A stretch of 26,785 nt of DNA from Octopus sinensis (lineage: Eukaryota). The first letter of the stretch is position 1, and each line of letters begins with the position of its first letter. Shown in pieces: positions 20,586-26,785 of the stretch. The notes under the pieces were generated by a model. It did no database searches, was not told the DNA's origin, and saw nothing but the letters and a program-made list of their open reading frames with translations. Where the stretch lies: positions 1-26,785 of the forward strand of contig NW_021836077.1 of NCBI RefSeq assembly GCF_006345805.1, written 5' to 3'. Both the position numbers and the translations under genes were made by a program.

Positions 20586-21143
20586 CAAGGGGGTATCCGT
20601 CTCCGAAGCTCCAAAGCTGAGTAACGTTTTCATGCTTAGATTTGTAAACTACGATAAGAATACCACTGGTTAACAAAGAATCTGTCTCAAGACAGAGAAT
20701 ACCTGTATCTTATATGTTTTTGCATGCAGAATTCAAAAATGGTGTCAAATATTTTGATATCATCCCACAGAAAAATTAAAACAAAACACGCGGGTGAAAT
20801 GAATCCCGTGGTATGATGAATCAACACAGTTTAACGTGTGGCACTGACGTGGGTGAAGTGAAACACATCAAAACGTGCGGTTGTCATGGTAACAAGCTAT
20901 TAATGCCCCGCTATCTGTTGATTGGCTAAAATTTACGCAAATTTCCCAATAACATCAGATTCTTTAATTTACGAGATATAGTAACTGATTGATCGTAATA
21001 AAAATTCAGAGTTGCATCGATACGCCAAAATTAAAAGCAATCTGAGCAAAATTAAATGGGGGTGATTTTGCGAATCAATTTAACTAGATCCATATACTCT
21101 TTTATCGGATTCAGCTCAAAGCTGCGGCCATGCTGGGGCACTA

Positions 21144-21401
21144 CCTATTTCTTTATTACCCACAAGGGGCTAAACACAGAGGGGGCAAACAAGGACAGAC
21201 ATAGGTATTAAGTCGATTACATCGACCCCAGTGCGTAACTGGTACTTAATTTATCGACCCCGAAAGGATGAAAGGCAAAGTCGACCTCGGCGGAATTTGA
21301 ACTCACAACGTAACGCAGACGAAATACCGCTAAGCATTTCGCCCGGCCTGCTAACGTTTCTGCCAGCTCGCCGCCTGCTAGCTCGCCGCCTGCCAGCTCG
21401 C
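21144..21401 (-). mobile_element. SINE family B with 11-bp target-site duplication
   Basis: Head GGCGGCGAGCTGGCAGAAACG, B-box-like GAGTTCAAATTCC, centre CCTTTCATCCTTTCGGGGTCGATAAATTAAGTACCAG, tail ending AATAAAGAAATA. CTGGGGCACTA occurs at 21133-21143 and 21402-21412. Confidence 0.9.
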
Positions 21402-21431
21402 CTGGGGCACTATCGTTTTACTACCCTGCTA

Positions 21432-21650
21432 TTATTGAGAGCCTCCTCTGATATGTGGCATTTGGTGAATAAGGGAGTTTGATGTTGCTGCTCACATTTG
21501 CACGTCCTGCCGCAAAGGAGGTTCATCTGGGACTTTCGACAGAAAGAGGTCCAGTTTGTTTTGAAAACACCTACATCTATATCCACTCAGGTTCTTTGGA
21601 AGAATATCAAAAAGCTGTGGGCCCTTGGAACCCAGGTTGTTGCAGTAATG
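21432..21650 (-). mobile_element. LINE (CR1/L2 group) ORF2 C-terminal fragment
   Basis: YCNNLGSKGPQLFDILPKNL..FQNKLDLFLSKVPDEPPLRQDVQM*AATSNSLIHQM; homologous to 1505-1705. Confidence 0.8.
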
Positions 21651-21689
21651 AAGTAATGAATGAATATATATATAGATATACACATACAT

Positions 21690-21818
<129 letters not shown>

Positions 21819-21919
21819 ATATAGCTGACCACTAGGGATCGATATATCGACTTTCCTCCTCCCCGAACTTGCTGGTCAATATTATTACTAATATCTCTAA
21901 CGTAATATTTGCGACTCAT

Positions 21920-22128
21920 AAGGCGGCGAGCTGGCAGAAACGCCGGGCTAAATTCTTAGCGGTATTTCGTCTGTCATTACGTTCTGAGTTCAAATTCCGC
22001 CGAGGTCTACTTTGCCTTTCATCCTTTCGGGGTCGATAAATTAAGAACCAGTTGCGTACTGAGGTTGATCTAATCGACTGGTCCCTTCTCCCGAATTTTG
22101 GGCCCTTGTGCCTAGAGTAGAACAGATT
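21920..22128 (+). mobile_element. SINE family B (TGTGCCTAGAGTAGAA tail)
   Basis: Same head and centre as 21144-21401, different tail. Confidence 0.88.
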
Positions 22129-22199
22129 TAAAGTAATATCAATTATTTTTATAATTTCACCTTGATGTCTAAAACGTTAAATACATGTAAATTATTTGT

Positions 22200-22410
22200 T
22201 TTTCTACTCTAGGCACAGAGTCCGAAATTTTTGGTGGTGAGGGGGGGCAATCAAATAGATCGACACCAGTACGCAACTGGTACTTAATTTATCGACCCCG
22301 AAAGCATGAAAGGCAAAGTCGACCAGGGCGGAATTTGAACTCAGAACGTAATGACAGACGAAATACCGCTAAGAATTTAGCCTGGCGTTTCTGCCAGCTC
22401 GCCGCCTTAT
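22200..22410 (-). mobile_element. SINE family B, inverted partner of 21920-22128
   Basis: Reverse complement match, sharing the same short head deletion relative to the 21.3 kb copy. Confidence 0.88.
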
Positions 22411-23198
22411 GTGTCGCAAATATTACGTTAAAGATATTAGTAATAATATTGACCAGCAAGTTCGAGGAGAAGGAAAGTCGAATATATCGATCCCCAGTGG
22501 TCAGCTATATATATATATATATATAGATATATATATATATATACATACACACACATACGTAATACATACATACATACATACATACAGACATAACATACAT
22601 ACATAGTATATATAATATATATAGATATATATAATATATATATATATATATAATATAGATATATATATATATATATATAATGTTGTGTATATCTATATAT
22701 ATTCATTCATTACTTCATTACTGCAACAAACTGGGTTTCAAGGCCCACAGCTTTTTGATATTCTTCCAAAGAACCTGACTGGATATAGATGTAGGTGTAA
22801 ATTTGTGTCAAATGTAATTCTTCTGAATAAGTCTTTAAGTGACCCATAAAGATTTCTTCTAATTCTAACCGTTATCAAATCGAATCCTATATGTTAATAA
22901 TTCCATCGTCTTGAAATAAACCAAAACTGCAAAAATTAAACTTATTACACGATAGAAGTAAATGTAGAGACCAATGAATTCACAACCAAGTTCTGCAGAA
23001 ACTCAGGCACCCATCACCAACTCAAAAGAATTACCGTCATTCTTTTACCTGTAGGCATGATAAGAAAAACCGTAATGGTATTCTGGTATGCATGACCACT
23101 TTGACACCTGAATTATTGGCTGATGTGTAAATCTTCTCGATAAAAATTTATTTTGAAGGAAAGAGTAACTTATCGATGGATAAAATACAATTAAATTT

Positions 23199-23579
23199 GG
23201 CACTCCGTCGGTTGCGACGAGGGTCCCAGTTGATTCGTTCAACGGAACAGCCTGCTCGTGAAATTAGCGTGACTGAACATTCCACACACACGTGTACACT
23301 TAATGTAGTTCTCGGGGGTGAGGGGAGATTCAGCGTGACACAGAGTGTGACAAGGCTGGCCAATTTGAAATACAAGTACAACAGAAACAGGAAAAAAAGA
23401 GTGAGAGAAAGTTGTGGTGAAATAGTACAGCAGGGTTCGCCACCACCCCCTGCCGGAGCCTCGTGGAGCTTTAGGTGTTTCCGCTCAATAAACACTCACA
23501 ACGCCCGGTCTTGGAATCGAAACTGCGATCCTACGACTGTAAGTCCGCTGCCCTAACCACTGGGCCATTGCGCCTCCAC
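23199..23579 (-). mobile_element. tRNA-derived SINE family C1 (resembles octopus OR-type SINEs)
   Basis: Minus head GGAGGCGCAATGGCCCAGTGGTTAGGGCAGCGG with B-box-like GTTTCGATTCC. The 3' half (GGCCAGCCTTGTCACACTCTGTGTCACGCTGAATCTCCC...GACGGAGTGCC) is shared with 24557-24720. Confidence 0.85.
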
Positions 23580-24197
23580 ATACAATTATATAAAAATGCG
23601 TAAATGTATATAAATGCTTATTACAAATATTCGCTACTGTTAGAATATTTAATAAGTTTCTGTATGAATTCTTAGAAGAATAGCGTCTGAGATGGTGCTA
23701 TGAACCGTACTTATCTCGCATTTAGTCGATGATATAAGCAATCCGCTAAGTCAATAAAACAATTGCCTTGTGATCCTTGAATGTTATGTAAGAATGTTAC
23801 GAAACCAAACGATCACCTCTGTCACACATCTCAAACTATTCCCGTAGCTACTGATAGATTTAAGAATCTCATTATGCTTGTAATTAATTAATAAGTTTCG
23901 GTTACAACAATTAATTAATCATAGTATTTAATTGAAAAGCATTGGCTATGGCATTGGGTAAGATCTATAATTTGCTTCTAAACCGTGTACGACATTTTGG
24001 TTTTGACTGAGCGGAGGATTAAATATGTTATGTTCCCACACCCCGCCCTCTCTCCCGCTCTCTTTCTCTCTCTCTCTCTCTCTCTCCCTCTCTCTCTCCT
24101 CTCTCCCTCTCCCTCTTTGTGCTCTTATCAGCACAAACATTGATAAAAACATGGTGGTGAAACTTTTCGGAATACATTCATATGGAACACATTCATA

Positions 24198-24372
24198 GGC
24201 GCAAGCGTGGCTGTGTGGTAAGTAGCTTGCTTACCAACCTCATGGTTCCGGGTTCAGTCTCAGTCCCACTGCGTGGCACCTTGGGCACTGGAGTCGATGT
24301 AATCGACTTAATCCCTTTGTCTGTCCTTGTTTGTCCCCTCTATGTTTAGCCACTTGTGGGCAATAAAGAAAT
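24198..24372 (+). mobile_element. Chimeric SINE: family A head joined to family B AATAAAGAAATA-type tail
   Basis: 24198-24287 matches the family A head; 24287-24372 matches the reverse complement of 21145-21232. Confidence 0.85.
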
Positions 24373-24396
24373 AATTATACATATATGTATATATAT

Positions 24397-24720
24397 GTGA
24401 AGGCGCGTGGTTTATTAGTTATGGCATTCGGCTCGCAATCATAAGGTCATGAGTTCAATTCCCGGTGACGCGTTGTGTCCTTGAGCAAGACACTTTATTT
24501 CACCTTGCTCCAGTCCACTCAGTTGGCAAAAATGAGTAGTACCAGTAATTCAAAGGGGCCAGCCTTGTCACACACTGTGTCACGCTGAATCTCCCTGAGA
24601 GCTATGTTAAGGATACTCGTGTCTGTGGAGTGCTCAGCCACTTGCACGTTAATTTCACGAGCAAGCTGTTCCATTGAGCGGATCAACGGGGACCCTCGTC
24701 ATCATAAAGGATGGAGTGCT
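24397..24720 (+). mobile_element. tRNA-derived SINE family C2 with CORE-like central segment
   Basis: B box GAGTTCAATTCCC, then GTTGTGTCCTTGAGCAAGACACTT..CAGTCCACTCAG..AAATGAGTA, then the 3' half shared with C1. Confidence 0.85.
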
Positions 24721-24747
24721 CCTACCTAGTATATATATATATATATG

Positions 24748-24933
24748 GTGAGAATTTAGAAAAAACAAAAGACGAGAAAGAGTGTGTAAACAACAAGAAG
24801 GTGTAGTAGTTTAACGCTCGGGAAGTGAGAAAGTCTTTTACATTTCGCGCCTATGCTCTTCGACAGAAAGGAACACAGAAATAAACAGGGAGAGAAAATA
24901 GAAAAGATTTAGTGGCTGGTGATCTATCATGGC
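24748..24933 (-). mobile_element. Family H element, diverged copy (motif 24835-24870)
   Basis: Minus strand: CTTT-CTGTCGA-A-GAGC-ATAG-GCGC-GAAA-TG-TA-AAAG; (TA)n on both sides. Confidence 0.75.
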
Positions 24934-24935
24934 AA

Positions 24936-25017
<82 letters not shown>

Positions 25018-25920
25018 TGTGTGTGTAGAAAATATGAGGAGAAATATAGAATAAAATACTTTTAAATATTATCATACACAGAGTCGTAATTCGCGATTTT
25101 AACATTATAACGAATTTGTAACTGTAGCGCAGTCGATGAATGTAAAACATGAATTATCGTGTACAACATGGTTATTTAGCTGGATGAACGTGAGTTTGAA
25201 CGTAGAGAGATGAAGTAGCATTATGGGATATTTCTAATATGTGGATTTGGTAGATATGTGTTTATTTTCGTATATGCTATCTATGAAGTACATCTATGGG
25301 CATACACATGGCGTAGTGCTTAGTGTATATACACATATTCGTGCAATATCTATGTATATACATACACGAAACACACATATATAAGAACATATTCTTTATA
25401 TATATATGTATGTATGTATGTATGTTTGTATGTACATATACATACACATGTACAGACATATTCATATATATATATATATATACATATATGTACACGCACA
25501 TAAACATATATATGTATACACACACACACACACAAATATATATATTCTTATATGTCTGTATGTGAATACACAGACATACATATACACACATGTTTCTTAG
25601 AAATTATATGTAATATCAATTACATGGGAGCCATTTTTAAATATGTGTGTGTGTGCGAAAAGATATATAAATAATTATGTTATACATAGATAAATAATTA
25701 TTATGCGTGTGTGTGTGTGTGTGTGTAGACACCCACGCGCATATAAATAGGGAAGGTGGTTGAATGAGAAGGTTACGTATGGAACACAAATATATATATA
25801 TGTATATATATATGCATACATGTACATAAATGAATGTTGGTACATATGTATGTGTATGTATGTATATAAATATTATATATATATATATATATGTATATAC
25901 GTTCATATGTATGTATGCAT

Positions 25921-26003
25921 GTAGGTAGGTAGATATGTAGGTAGGTAGGTAGGTAGGTAGGTAGGTAGGTATGTAGGTAGGTAGGTAGGTAGGTATGTAG
26001 GTA
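25921..26003. repeat. (GTAG)n microsatellite
   Basis: Directly visible. Confidence 0.95.
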
Positions 26004-26104
26004 TAGTATGTCCTACTTTGAAGCCAAAAGCGCTTTAACGAAAGGGAAAAAAATTGAAGAACAAACAAAAAAATAGTGTTTGAAAAGTTATAAAGTCTGT
26101 ACCA

Positions 26105-26745
26105 CTATCATCAACGTCATCCCTATCATCATCAACGTCATCATTCTCGTCGTCGTCATTATCATCATCATCATCATCATTATCAACAACATCATCATCA
26201 TCATTGTCATCGTATTATATCATTAGTTACCAACAACAGCATCATCGCCGTCACCATCATCGTCGTTGTTTTTCATCTTCATCAGCATCATCACTACTAG
26301 CAACACCATCATCATCATCATCATCACCATCACTCCCACTACGACCAGAACCAGCATCAACACTAGTGTCAACATCACTACCATGTATCACCCATCATCA
26401 TCATCATCTTCATCATCATTACCATCATCGTCGTCATCGTCGTCATCATCATCAACATCATCATCATCATCACCGTCATCATCATCACCGTCATCATCAA
26501 CATCATCAACATCATCAACGTCATCAACATCGTCATCAATCATCATCATCATCATCATCATCAACGTCATCTCATCCTCGTCGTGTGTCATCATCATCAT
26601 CATCATCATCATATCATCATCATCATCATACATCATCATCATCATCACTATCGTCATCATCATCATTCGATCATTCTCATCATCATTCATCATAATCATC
26701 ATCATCAACATCCTCATCATCCTCGTCGTCGTTGTCATCATCATT

Positions 26746-26785
<40 letters not shown>
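26105..26785. repeat. Long degenerate (CAT)n trinucleotide array running off the window
   Basis: CAT with CGT/CAC/CAA variants over about 680 bp. Confidence 0.95.

Noticed and set aside
26204-26783. Poly-His/Ser and poly-Met/Asp ORFs resembling metal-binding or biomineral proteins
   Set aside because: The degenerate (CAT)n array is open in several frames and the repeat phase shifts within each ORF; no splice or signal-peptide evidence.

Overview
This is AT-rich, repeat-saturated eukaryotic DNA, intronic or intergenic. I infer a cephalopod (Octopus-like) source from the extreme microsatellite density and tRNA-derived SINEs resembling the described octopus families. There is no intact protein-coding gene: nearly all ORF-track entries are translations of (TA)n, (TG)n, (GATA)n or (CAT)n arrays. 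Identifiable content: at least four tRNA-headed SINE types; a decayed 2.1 kb CR1-group LINE plus smaller fragments; an R4/Dong-type retrotransposon remnant in a TAA-type microsatellite; a decayed Penelope GIY-YIG fragment; a non-autonomous Helitron; a Tc2/pogo-type MITE; a near-identical 1.3 kb tandem duplication; a 1.2 kb inverted duplication; and a possible pair of minus-strand exons near 2 kb. The most unusual signal is a set of small non-coding elements carrying minimal type-I hammerhead ribozyme motifs with palindromic stem III, together with Penelope-style inverted repeats. These include a tRNA-headed SINE whose tail holds a hammerhead and is copied upstream in inverted orientation (15387-15750), and a 4-copy family with a non-canonical CUGUNGA core. 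All alignments and folds were done by eye and are unverified computationally.
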